Source: a virus (lineage: Duplodnaviria > Caudoviricetes). From it: a DNA stretch of 52,409 bases. This document shows, one piece after another, positions 1-8,147 of this stretch. The notes beneath the pieces are model-generated. The model did not search any database and was not told where the DNA came from. It worked only from the letters and a program-made list of their open reading frames with translations. Position 1 is the first letter of the stretch; the number at the start of each line of letters is the position of its first letter. The stretch lies in the IMG/VR virus record IMGVR_UViG_3300028588_000383, positions 1-52,409 of that record. The stretch is one strand, 5' to 3'. Position numbers and translations under genes: made by a program.

Positions 1-102
1 GCGGATGCAGCCAGCGTCCTGACCGGTTTCAGCGAAAGCGCCGAGAACCAGGCGCAGCTCATCGGGAAGATGCAGACGGGTTATGAGTTCGTGATCGGCT
101 GA
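1..102 (+). CDS. 3' end of host DUF4214-domain (S-layer-like) protein, partial
   Basis: Frame 1 reads ADAASVLTGFSESAENQAQLIGKMQTGYEFVIG*. VLxGFSESxENQ is the typical C-terminus of DUF4214 domains in Oxalobacteraceae. Lies outside the att site. Confidence 0.7.
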   Translation, partial: ADAASVLTGFSESAENQAQLIGKMQTGYEFVIG

Positions 103-163
103 GCGCCAGTCGCTGGCGCGCCGGCGATGCCGAATGCGACGCTCGACGATGTGACTGGGGAAA

Positions 164-222
164 TGGCCTGCCCAGTAGGAATCGAACCTACGACCCTCAG
201 CTTAGAAGTCAGACGCTCTATC
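164..222 (-). pseudogene. tRNA-Arg(TCT) 3' fragment = prophage att junction
   Basis: Reverse complement is GATAGAGCGTCTGA-CTTCTAA-GCTGAGGGTCGTAGGTTCGATTCCTACTGGGCAGGCCA. T-arm, acceptor 3' strand and CCA are intact. The anticodon stem halves (TCTGA/GCTGA) do not pair and there is no 5' acceptor strand. Confidence 0.85.
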
Positions 223-239
223 GGCTTTTTCGGCAATCC

Positions 240-338
240 AATCAAACCCTTGCAGCGAGCGCCCTGCGCTATTCATTCACTGCTTGTGCCGCGATAAGTG
301 CTTGATTCGATTGATTCGGAAAAGCTTGAATAGCGCAG
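240..338. promoter_or_regulatory. att arm: two IHF sites and a 12-bp inverted repeat (candidate integrase arm sites)
   Basis: AATCAAACCCTTG (240-252) and reverse-complement AATCAAGCACTTA (295-307) match WATCAANNNNTTR. CTGCGCTATTCA (264-275) and TGAATAGCGCAG (327-338) form a perfect inverted repeat. Confidence 0.6.
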
Positions 339-497
339 CAAATCGGGGACATCGGCAGTTTTCAAGACTACGGCCAAACCCTTTTCTCTCAATAACTTAT
401 CGAGCAATCGTCTCCGCCGGCAGGCTTTTGAATGGTGTTTTTTGCCTCAGATGATCGTGACAGGTATGCTATTCCGAATACGATTTCGGAGCGATTG

Positions 498-1064
498 ATG
501 AGCAAGTCTGAACGTAATTTTATTGAAGCTGCCATGGAGGCGGGCGAAGCAGGAATCGACCTTCTCACTGACAATGAAGCGGTCAAAGCAGTGCCAGTGG
601 TTGGACTGGCCTTCAAGCTGTTGAAAGGACTTGACGATCTTCGCTCGCGAATCCTCATGGCGAAGCTGAAAAAGTTTATTACCGAGCCAAACCTTGTCCG
701 CTCACTAGAAGCGAACCGCGTCCGGGCGCAACTTGACAGGGACAAGGATCGCGAGCTGATCGGTGAAGTGTTATTTTTGACCTTGGACAAGGTTACGGAC
801 CTTCGGAAGCCAGAGCTACTCGGGCGAGTATTTTCCGGATATCTCGACGAGATCATTGGCAGCGAAACCCTTCTGCTGTTGGCCCACGCAATCGATTCGG
901 CATTCGTCGGCGACTTGGAATTCTTTTTAGGACATAGTGAGGAACATGTAAGAAAAGGGAATCCAGCGGCGTTTCGCCTTCTTTCCGCTGGGCTGGTCGA
1001 GTACTCTGATTTTCGAGACACCCCGCTCGGGAAAGCACTGAGGACAGTTGCGGGCACGCGTTAG
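498..1064 (+). CDS. hypothetical accessory (moron) protein at prophage end
   Basis: Lower-GC ORF opposite to the late operon. Likely start is ATG 498 (MSKSERNF..) with GGAG upstream; ORF track start is 432. Predicted all-helical. Confidence 0.7.
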   Translation: MSKSERNFIEAAMEAGEAGIDLLTDNEAVKAVPVVGLAFKLLKGLDDLRSRILMAKLKKFITEPNLVRSLEANRVRAQLDRDKDRELIGEVLFLTLDKVTDLRKPELLGRVFSGYLDEIIGSETLLLLAHAIDSAFVGDLEFFLGHSEEHVRKGNPAAFRLLSAGLVEYSDFRDTPLGKALRTVAGTR

Positions 1065-1235
1065 CGATAGATTCCACAGGATAGGCTATGAATCTATCCA
1101 TGCTTCGGCAAAATCCCGTTGCGTGTCAAATGCTTACCAGCCCTGCCCTGTACTATCAAACCGCCACAGCGGACGCTGTAAGCCCTTGTTTTGATTCAAG
1201 TCGAGTCGGTTGAATAGTACAGTGGCGGGACGTCT

Positions 1236-1940
1236 TCAGGCATGCTCGGCCGCAGTGTCAGCATAACGCTCGTGCGCCGGCGCCAGGTCGCGCTGCGGCT
1301 GGAATCGGTGTGCCCCGCTGACCTGCATCGGCAGAAATAGCCGCTCGTCGCGCGCCGGGCCGCGGCGCTTGACGAACTCGACATCGAGGCCGCCGGGCTG
1401 AGGGCGCAACGCCAGGCGCAGCTGCGCCGGCGACGGGTCCTGCGCCGCTGCCAGCGGCCGGACCATGAAGAACAGGGTTTCGCCCGCCTGCGCGGCGAGC
1501 GACAGGCGCCGCTGGCTGTCGGCCCGGATCTGCGGCGCCCAGAAGATGAGCGCGCCGACGCTACCGCTCTTGAGCACCTGTTCGGCGGCCCACATCGAAT
1601 CGGCCGTGGTTTTGCTGCGTACCCACAGCGCGCCGGCCGGGTCAACGCCCAGCGAGGCCAGGCCCAGCGCTTGGGGCGCATGCGGCGGCTGCAGCAGCAC
1701 GTAATTGCGCTCTGCCACGGCGGCCAGCGCCGGCGCCAGCAACCGCACCTCGCCTATCCCGGGCTGCTGCACATGCAGGTCGACCATTCCGCCCGCTGGC
1801 CAGCCGCCACCAGGCAGGAGTCGCGACAGCGCCGGAAACCCTGTGTCCTCGCAACGGCCGTAACTGCGCGCGAGCTGTGACGCACGCCAGAGCGCTGGAT
1901 GGAGCTGTTCCGGGTTGACGGCTGAGGCTGGGCTGGACAT
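1236..1940 (-). CDS. imuA: translesion synthesis-associated protein ImuA (RecA/SulA-like fold)
   Basis: Signature LHPALWRASQL..TGFPALSRLLPGGGWP..PGIGEVRLLAPAL..WAAEQVLKSG..RRLSLAAQ..SPAQLRL. ATG at 1940. Confidence 0.9.
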   Translation of the reverse strand: MSSPASAVNPEQLHPALWRASQLARSYGRCEDTGFPALSRLLPGGGWPAGGMVDLHVQQPGIGEVRLLAPALAAVAERNYVLLQPPHAPQALGLASLGVDPAGALWVRSKTTADSMWAAEQVLKSGSVGALIFWAPQIRADSQRRLSLAAQAGETLFFMVRPLAAAQDPSPAQLRLALRPQPGGLDVEFVKRRGPARDERLFLPMQVSGAHRFQPQRDLAPAHERYADTAAEHA

Positions 1941-1957
1941 GTTGAACTCCTGCAATA

Positions 1958-1973
1958 CTGTGTTTTTATACAG
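1958..1973. promoter_or_regulatory. LexA (SOS) box upstream of imuA
   Basis: TA-CTGT GTTTTTAT ACAG-TA matches CTGT-N8-ACAG, 17 bp upstream of the imuA ATG. Confidence 0.9.
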
Positions 1974-2038
1974 TATAGCAGCTTGCCAATTTGACCTTGC
2001 GCAAGCCTGCTGCCACAGGCGGGCAATACGCTTGATTC

Positions 2039-2275
2039 ATGGAAACCCGAACCGATCGCGCCACCGCAGTCCATGTCGACCTGGCCATTAACATTGCCGC
2101 TTCGCACGGCACTGCCGCTGGCGCGCGGGCGATCCGCAATCTATGCCGGCCGATCGAACTGGCGCTCCGGGTGCTGCTGCATCCGGACCAGCGCCGACGC
2201 CCTACTTCGGCCAGGCCTGAACCGTCTTCGAATGACGCGCCGCGCATTCAGCATACTGGCGCAGCAGGTCGATAG
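2039..2275 (+). CDS. small hypothetical protein (HGTxxxAR..IExAL motif), divergent from imuA
   Basis: 78-aa ORF whose motif recurs in ORF 44603-44869. Confidence 0.6.
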   Translation: METRTDRATAVHVDLAINIAASHGTAAGARAIRNLCRPIELALRVLLHPDQRRRPTSARPEPSSNDAPRIQHTGAAGR

Positions 2276-2444
2276 CCCAGGCCTGCCAGGCGTCGAAGTC
2301 GTCGGCGGACGGGCGGTCGACCGGCGGGCACGACGACGCCAGCGCGCTATCGAGGGATGGCCTGGTTGGCGGCGTCGATTGCGGCGTCGAGGTTGCGCAC
2401 CCGGACAGGATCAGGGCGACAATCAGCGGGGAGAGGCTTCGCAT
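2202..2444 (-). CDS. o-spanin (Rz1-like) lipoprotein
   Basis: Lipobox LILSG-C, Pro-rich, overlaps the 3' end of the i-spanin gene downstream of the endolysin. Confidence 0.8.
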   Translation of the reverse strand: MRSLSPLIVALILSGCATSTPQSTPPTRPSLDSALASSCPPVDRPSADDFDAWQAWAIDLLRQYAECAARHSKTVQAWPK

Positions 2445-2700
2445 TGCGCAGCTCCTTGGTGAGCGCCGACATGCGCGGCGCCAGGGTGGATTGGATGGTG
2501 CCGAACTCGGTGGCGGCCGTGCGGATCACGTCGGCGCTGGCCTGCACGTCGCGGAGCGTGGCCTCGGACAGCGCGGCGCGGTATTCGGCGTGCGCGCGGC
2601 GCAGCTCGGCAGTCTCGGCGTCGTGGCGCCAGCCGCTGGTGAACCAGCCGGCGACGCCCGCCAGCAGCATGCCGGCCAGGGCAAGCTGGGGCGGGATCAT
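2347..2700 (-). CDS. i-spanin (Rz-like)
   Basis: N-terminal TM segment, coiled-coil, C-terminal Cys. Directly follows the endolysin with ATGA overlap. Confidence 0.8.
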   Translation of the reverse strand: MIPPQLALAGMLLAGVAGWFTSGWRHDAETAELRRAHAEYRAALSEATLRDVQASADVIRTAATEFGTIQSTLAPRMSALTKELRNAKPLPADCRPDPVRVRNLDAAIDAANQAIPR

Positions 2701-3362
2701 GGGATCACCTTCAGCGCCTCGATCGTCAGGAACCGGCGCTCGGTGTAGCCGATGGCGTCGCCCACCTTCTCCGTCTTGCGGCCCATGTTCACGCCGTCCG
2801 ACACGCCGTCGATGTCATCCAGGTCGGCGTAGCGGTTCAGGTTTGCACGCTGCCAGAACCAGCCGGCCGACAGCGCGGCGCCGGTGTCGGTTGCAAGCCA
2901 GGCGCCGACGCTCTCGCGCGGGATGTCGAAGAAGTCGGCGCAGGCGTTGTGGTTGTCGGTGCCGGTCAGCTGGATCCAGCCGGCGCCGCGCGTGCGCCAG
3001 CCATCGCCGCTGGTGGCCGGGCCATTCCCCATGCGGTTCGCGTATGCGATGTTGGCGATCGCCTGCTGGTCGGCCGCATGCGCCGCCGTGCGGCCAAGGC
3101 GCTGGGCGTCGGCTGGCGTGAAGCGCGTCACCTTCGCGGTGTTGAAGGTGGCCAGGATGGCGGGCGGCGTGTAGTTCAGGTTCTCGCGCTTGCGCACGAA
3201 CCCGCCGCTCTCGTGCGCCACCTGGGCCAGAAAGTGCGCCAGGCGGCGGCGCGTGGTGATCCCGAATCGGTCGATGGCGGGCTGCAGCGCGGCGGCGACG
3301 GCCGCGGCGTTGGAGCCGCACTGCGGCGCGATGCGGCGGATGATCTCGACGGTGATCTTCAT
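2697..3362 (-). CDS. glycoside hydrolase family 19 endolysin
   Basis: AHFLAQVAHESGG, ENLNY, YANRMGNG, GDGWRTRGAGWIQLTG motifs. True start is MKITVE at 3362, overlapping the holin stop. Confidence 0.92.
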   Translation of the reverse strand: MKITVEIIRRIAPQCGSNAAAVAAALQPAIDRFGITTRRRLAHFLAQVAHESGGFVRKRENLNYTPPAILATFNTAKVTRFTPADAQRLGRTAAHAADQQAIANIAYANRMGNGPATSGDGWRTRGAGWIQLTGTDNHNACADFFDIPRESVGAWLATDTGAALSAGWFWQRANLNRYADLDDIDGVSDGVNMGRKTEKVGDAIGYTERRFLTIEALKVIP

Positions 3363-3739
3363 CGCCCACCCCGCACGTCGCGCGCCACGTCGGCAATGGT
3401 GGCCGAACGATTCTTTTCGATGTAGTTGAAGAGCCAGCGCACGATGGCCCAGCCCGGCAGTCCGCACGCGAACACCAGGCCCAGCATTGCGACCAGGCCG
3501 ATCGGCGTGTGCGCCCAGGCGTCGAGGCCGTAGTGCTGCACCACCATGGCGCCGCCGCCGATCGAGAACACGATGGTCGAGATCAGGCCGACGGCCCACT
3601 CGCGCGGACTGCGCGGCGTCATTGCGCACATCACCACGACGGAGGCCAGGCCGGCGCCGATCGCGCCGATGCCGGCCAGGCCGCCCAACAGCTTCCAGCC
3701 GGCGGCGCCGGCGGCTGCGCCGGAAATTGGTTCACTCAT
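3359..3739 (-). CDS. putative holin
   Basis: MSEPISG.. 126 aa with about three hydrophobic segments and a basic C-terminus, immediately upstream of the endolysin. Confidence 0.7.
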   Translation of the reverse strand: MSEPISGAAAGAAGWKLLGGLAGIGAIGAGLASVVVMCAMTPRSPREWAVGLISTIVFSIGGGAMVVQHYGLDAWAHTPIGLVAMLGLVFACGLPGWAIVRWLFNYIEKNRSATIADVARDVRGGR

Positions 3740-3767
3740 AAGGGTTTCTTTCATTGGACGTGCACAA

Positions 3768-3791
3768 GAAAAAGCCCGCGCGCGGCGGGCT
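3768..3791 (-). terminator. intrinsic terminator after beta-helix gene
   Basis: AGCCCGC..GCGGGCT stem followed by TTTTCTT on the minus strand. Confidence 0.6.
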
Positions 3792-3795
3792 GGGA

Positions 3796-5499
3796 TTACG
3801 CGTTGGTGACGCGGTATGGAACGGTGGTCCAGGGCACCGCGCGCGACAGCAGCGGCGAGCCTGCCAGCGGCAGGTACCGGTCTGTGTCGAGCATCGGGTC
3901 GATGGTCTGGCACGTTGGCGAGCCGGCGGACAGCAGCGCCGGCGCCGGCGAGTTGCTCCCGTTCAGCGCCAGGGTGCCGATATTGCGCGGGATCCCGGGC
4001 GCGTAGATCTCGCGCTCGATGCCGGTCATGTTCGGCGCGGCGTGCGCGTAGCTCTCCTGGCCGATGAACACGTTGCCGTAGCGCGAGACGTTGGAGCAAT
4101 CAGCGGCCATGCGCACGCCGCCGAAACTGCCGATGACCAGGTTGTACGAGAACGTCGTTCTGCTACCCTTCGTGCCGGATAGCGAAACGTTGCAGGCACC
4201 GCCGGTGCGCACCGTGCCGCCCGAGCGGCGATTCCAAATCGCGGCCGTGCCGTTCTCGATGAACCAGTTCCCGGTGATCAGGTTGCCGCCCGTGTCCGCC
4301 GGCGGTGCGAAGCCGCCGTACGTCTGCAGGCCCTGCCCTTCGTTCTGGAAGCAGAAATTCCCGTAGACGAAGCAGAAGCTGGCAGCATCATCGAGGCCGA
4401 TTCCCACGCCTTCGGTACCGTTGTCGCCCGGCCCGCCCCAGTTGTAGTTGTAGGAGCAGTCGTTGAAGCGGATGATGTGGCCGGTGCAGGCATGCTGCGC
4501 TCCACCGCCCGACACCTCGATGCCGCGGCCGTACCACGGCGCGACGTTGCGGCCATTGCGCCGGCAAATGTTCCACTCGATGACATTGCGCGCCGTCGGG
4601 TTCGCCGCAGTGCCCGTGCTGTGCAGCCCGAACGAGTTGTTCAGGTTGAGTTTGTTGTGGTGAATCCAGGCGTTGGATACGCTCGACGTGAACACGCCGT
4701 CGACCAGGTCCTCAACGTCGACGTTCGAAATCTCGATCGTCGAAATCGACTCCGTGCCGCCCAAGATCGTCTGCCCGACCGCGTTCGAAAGGAACACGCC
4801 CGCTTTGTTCACGTGCGTCGTCGGCTGGCCAGAGATCGTGCGGACCCTGATGTCCTTGAGCGTCAGGTCGGTGATGGGCACCGAGCCGCCGATCTTGATG
4901 GCGTGGGCGTTCGACGGCCCGCCGTCTCCGATCAGGACGTCCAGGCCCTGGATGTCGTGGCCGGTAAGCGCGACCGAGCCAGCGAGCACCAGCGCATTCA
5001 TAGCGGCGATGGCTGAAACCGCCTTGGCCGCCGTGATTTTCAGGCCTCGGATCTTGAGACCCGTCCGGTTCTCGCCGTAGAGCGCCGTCAGGTTGGTCTC
5101 CAGTTCGGTGCCCTCGAACTCGACATTGTCGCCAAGCCACATCATGGGCGTATCCGACGTCACTGCCGCGCGGTCGTTCTTGATGATCACCCGCCCGAAC
5201 TTGATGCCGGACTTCGGCGATGCGAGAGTGCCAGGTAGCATCCGGTCGCCGATATCGATCACCGGTGCCGGCAGCGCGGGGTTATCGGATCCGTCTGCAT
5301 TCGCATATGCGCCGATCACCGTCTTGTTCGAGGCCGTGCCGCCGGTCAGGTTGGGGAATGCTCCGGCCCACTTGGTACCGACCATCTGCAGGTACGTGTG
5401 CACGCCCGAGGTTGGCACGCTCGCCCAGGTGTTGAACGGACTGGCCGCCGTACCGGTGCCGTTGACCAGTGCCGCAGGATTGATGTGGTATGTGGCCAT
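3796..5499 (-). CDS. right-handed parallel beta-helix protein (candidate depolymerase/tailspike)
   Basis: N-terminal YHINP..GTGTAASPFNT motif and repeated N-x-I/V-x-x-N-x-x-x-x-N beta-helix rungs (NAWIHHNKLNLN, NVIEWNICRRN, NLITGNWFIEN). Confidence 0.7.
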   Translation of the reverse strand: MATYHINPAALVNGTGTAASPFNTWASVPTSGVHTYLQMVGTKWAGAFPNLTGGTASNKTVIGAYANADGSDNPALPAPVIDIGDRMLPGTLASPKSGIKFGRVIIKNDRAAVTSDTPMMWLGDNVEFEGTELETNLTALYGENRTGLKIRGLKITAAKAVSAIAAMNALVLAGSVALTGHDIQGLDVLIGDGGPSNAHAIKIGGSVPITDLTLKDIRVRTISGQPTTHVNKAGVFLSNAVGQTILGGTESISTIEISNVDVEDLVDGVFTSSVSNAWIHHNKLNLNNSFGLHSTGTAANPTARNVIEWNICRRNGRNVAPWYGRGIEVSGGGAQHACTGHIIRFNDCSYNYNWGGPGDNGTEGVGIGLDDAASFCFVYGNFCFQNEGQGLQTYGGFAPPADTGGNLITGNWFIENGTAAIWNRRSGGTVRTGGACNVSLSGTKGSRTTFSYNLVIGSFGGVRMAADCSNVSRYGNVFIGQESYAHAAPNMTGIEREIYAPGIPRNIGTLALNGSNSPAPALLSAGSPTCQTIDPMLDTDRYLPLAGSPLLSRAVPWTTVPYRVTNA

Positions 5500-5510
5500 C
5501 GGCGCCTATC

Positions 5511-5966
5511 TCAGGTCGAAAAAAAACCCGCCGGAGCGGGTTTGTTCAGGAGGGTCAGCGCGCTGGCCAGCGTGCCGGGCGAGTATCGCCAGGGGTCGGG
5601 GATGCCCAGCGCCGCGGCGATCGCCTCGGAGCAGAACCAGCGGCCGGCGCTGTGCGGTACCGGCGAGATCACGAACTGCAGGTTGCCCAGCAGGTCGTAG
5701 CCGGCGTCGCGATGCGACTTGAACCAGGCCTCGGCGGCATGCTCGAGGTGCGCAGGAATATCGACCAGCACCCAGTTCTTCGCGTCGAACTCGATCAGCT
5801 TCGAGCGCACGCCGCCATCCTCGAACGAGGCCGACCAGGCGCGGCCCGACGGCAGCACCAGTTCGGCATGCGAGTACGGCGATTTCGTCCACCACCGCAC
5901 CATGCGGTTGTAGATTCCGGCCAAGCCGGGCCGCGTGCCCCGGTAGAACGCAACTTGCAGTGCCAT
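5511..5966 (-). CDS. permuted papain-like (YiiX/YebB-type NlpC/P60) protein
   Basis: His motif YSHAEL precedes YD and Cys motif WFCSE (permuted order). Start MALQVAFY at 5966. Confidence 0.7.
   Translation of the reverse strand: MALQVAFYRGTRPGLAGIYNRMVRWWTKSPYSHAELVLPSGRAWSASFEDGGVRSKLIEFDAKNWVLVDIPAHLEHAAEAWFKSHRDAGYDLLGNLQFVISPVPHSAGRWFCSEAIAAALGIPDPWRYSPGTLASALTLLNKPAPAGFFST
5519..5545 (-). terminator. intrinsic terminator at end of tail operon
   Basis: AAACCCGC TCCG GCGGGTTT followed by a T-run on the minus strand. Confidence 0.65.
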
Positions 5967-5988
5967 TCGATTTCCTTTCGGTGGTTGA

Positions 5989-6381
5989 TCAGCCGTTGTA
6001 GCGCTCGTGCGCCTGGATCGGTGCGTCGAGGATCTCCAGCGCCCGGCCGGCGGCGTCGAGCAGGTCCATGTCCTCGAATGCCAGAACATCGGCGCGCGTG
6101 TCGTCGCGGTCGACGTCGACATAGGTTGCAGCGGCCAGGTCGGCCTGGCCGACACGGACCGTCGCGGCCTGCGCTCGCTCATCCGGCGTGCCGGCCGGGT
6201 TGTCGATCGCCGCCAGCTCGATGCGGACTTTCTCGGTGCGCGTGAACCGGTTGCGGAATGCCAGGACGGTCAGGTGGCGCGTCGGCATCGGCACAGGCTC
6301 GTTTCCGCGCGCCTCGATCTCGGCGATTTCCTCGGGGGTGGCGTCGCGCACGACGCCGTCTTCCATTACCTGAATAGTCAT
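5989..6381 (-). CDS. putative tail fibre assembly/chaperone protein
   Basis: RDATPEEIAEIEA N-terminus and FRNRFT motif, common in small genes downstream of fibres. Confidence 0.55.
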   Translation of the reverse strand: MTIQVMEDGVVRDATPEEIAEIEARGNEPVPMPTRHLTVLAFRNRFTRTEKVRIELAAIDNPAGTPDERAQAATVRVGQADLAAATYVDVDRDDTRADVLAFEDMDLLDAAGRALEILDAPIQAHERYNG

Positions 6382-6387
6382 AGTGGA

Positions 6388-7206
6388 TTAGATGTTCCTA
6401 TGTCCGAAAATGCGGATAGTGCCTGCGGTTATAGTTCCGGAACCGGCAATAATGCGGAAGCCGCTTGCAGCCCCCGCCACTGAAATGCCTGCTTCATAGT
6501 AGCGAAATGACCCGTCGAACCCACGGGATCCAAGACTTTTGTAGCTACCGTTCGCGTTTCTGATTTCGACTGTCCCAGTAAATTGCAAGTTGATTATTAT
6601 CGGGAGGCCAGATGACGTAGTCCCGCCGCTCCCGCCAGCATAGTCCGCGCTGTAACCACTGGTGGCAACCACACCGCCAAATGCCAGTTGAACCATGGAA
6701 GTCTGGCCACTAACTGATTTCACTAAGCCCTGGAGTTCGATCGTGTACTTATCAAATTCAGAACTGAAAATATTCAGGAAGTCCACGTTTGCTACCGCGG
6801 CGCTGATAGTCGCCGTAGCCAGGACCGTAGATTCGTACGAAAGCCCCGCCCAGTTCACACGGTCCAGCGATGGGTCGACCGTCCCCGCGCCCGCCGTCAA
6901 CCGACGATAACTGCGGCCGGTCGCCGGACTCCACGCGACCGCGCCTTTCGCGTAGGTCGTCCCGCTCACCCATTGAGTGGCGCCGGATGTGTAGGTCGCG
7001 GCCTCCGCCGCCGCTGCCGCCGCGCTGGCCGACGCTGCTGCAGCGACTGCATTCTGGTACGCGCTGACACACGCCGCGCCGACCTTACTCATCTGCGTGG
7101 CGAACCAGGTAATGCATGCATCGAGGCGCTTTGCGAACGTCTGACGGTCGCCCCGCTGCGGTGCCGGATTCGGAAATGCGTCAAATTCTTCTGGCACGTT
7201 TGCCAT
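6388..7206 (-). CDS. tail fibre / receptor-binding-like protein with CBM5/12-like motif
   Basis: Ala-rich linker, WVSGTTYAKGAVAW motif, beta-rich lower-GC C-terminal head ending GTIRIFG. Start MANVPE at 7206. Confidence 0.6.
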   Translation of the reverse strand: MANVPEEFDAFPNPAPQRGDRQTFAKRLDACITWFATQMSKVGAACVSAYQNAVAAAASASAAAAAAEAATYTSGATQWVSGTTYAKGAVAWSPATGRSYRRLTAGAGTVDPSLDRVNWAGLSYESTVLATATISAAVANVDFLNIFSSEFDKYTIELQGLVKSVSGQTSMVQLAFGGVVATSGYSADYAGGSGGTTSSGLPIIINLQFTGTVEIRNANGSYKSLGSRGFDGSFRYYEAGISVAGAASGFRIIAGSGTITAGTIRIFGHRNI

Positions 7207-7214
7207 GTTTTTCC

Positions 7215-8147
7215 TTATTGCGATGAAGTTGAGATGACGCCCATTACGTCCAGACTGAGCTGGCACTGGTTCGGGTTGGGGTAAGTGACCTCGCCGCTTC
7301 CAAGCCCCAGAACGCGCAAGCTCCCGTACTTCGGTAGGTCCGTTCCAATCCAGAGCGCGACAACATCAAGCAGATCCTGAATGATCTTCACCACCCGGTC
7401 GGCATCGTCCAGGTCGACCGAGGCAGTAAGCGAAAGGTCCGTGGTAGCCTTACGCCGGACAATACTTGTCACGCCAAAATCGTTGGTCTTGATGTAGCTG
7501 TAACTCCTCGGCTTTACCTTCGCACCGTAGAGCGACTTTCCGATCTCGCGACGCGATCCGGTGAGGAGCATTCCGCACTTGATGACGCCCGGGCTGGTGA
7601 GCGTTATCGTTACTTCGGCCGACGAATACTGCTCGACGCCACCGATCAGGATGTCCGTCAGCGGCTCGAAAGGATCCCAGAAATATTCGTCGTAGTCCGC
7701 AGGCTGACTACCCTCGAGCGGAGCCGTGTATCTGAAAATTTCCACCCCACCCGGGGCATCCCTCACCGTCACCGTGACTTCATTCGCCTCCAGTCCAGCC
7801 AGATACACGTCGGTGAAGAGGCCAGGTGTCAGCACAACCGTCAGGGGCGACGCCACAACGGTCTGTGTGCTGACCTCACTGTCGAACATAGCCCACCTGT
7901 TTGTGGGTCCGATGTCCAGCCAGTAGACAGTTGAGCCCGACCGATTTTTGACGTCAGTCGGATCCTTGCCTGAGTTCCCGGCTTGCATGCTCTGGTACAC
8001 ACGGTGCGTCGCAGGGCTGATAACGAATGCATCCTTTGCATAGGTGGTGCCAGCAACCCATGCTGGATAGTCATTCTCCGGCACGCTGCTGCTGATCAAA
8101 TTGCTCGCGGCGACCACATTTGGAACGACGACACTCAGGTTACTCAT
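7215..8147 (-). CDS. tail tip / distal tail-like protein with N-terminal CBM5/12-like motif
   Basis: Directly after the tape measure. YPAWVAGTTYAKD..HRVYQS and GPTNRWAMFD motifs. Confidence 0.6.
   Translation of the reverse strand: MSNLSVVVPNVVAASNLISSSVPENDYPAWVAGTTYAKDAFVISPATHRVYQSMQAGNSGKDPTDVKNRSGSTVYWLDIGPTNRWAMFDSEVSTQTVVASPLTVVLTPGLFTDVYLAGLEANEVTVTVRDAPGGVEIFRYTAPLEGSQPADYDEYFWDPFEPLTDILIGGVEQYSSAEVTITLTSPGVIKCGMLLTGSRREIGKSLYGAKVKPRSYSYIKTNDFGVTSIVRRKATTDLSLTASVDLDDADRVVKIIQDLLDVVALWIGTDLPKYGSLRVLGLGSGEVTYPNPNQCQLSLDVMGVISTSSQ

Noticed and set aside
164-240. Intact tRNA-Arg gene
   Set aside because: No 5' acceptor or D-stem strand, and the anticodon stem is unpaired; treated as an att remnant.
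389-1057. 222-aa minus-strand ORF
   Set aside because: Ser/Arg-rich shadow of the plus-strand gene at 498-1064.
1148-1163. Additional LexA box CTGTACTATCAAACCG
   Set aside because: Right half-site is ACCG, not ACAG, and it is not upstream of a gene start.
2697-4099. Extended ORF-track starts for endolysin (3629), holin (4099), tape measure (13456) and others
   Set aside because: The extensions overlap neighbouring genes. Downstream ATGs with RBS or stop-start coupling fit better.
3796-8147. Diversity-generating retroelement or invertible tail-fibre shufflon
   Set aside because: No reverse transcriptase, no TR/VR duplicate, and no inverted fibre cassette or adjacent invertase seen by eye.
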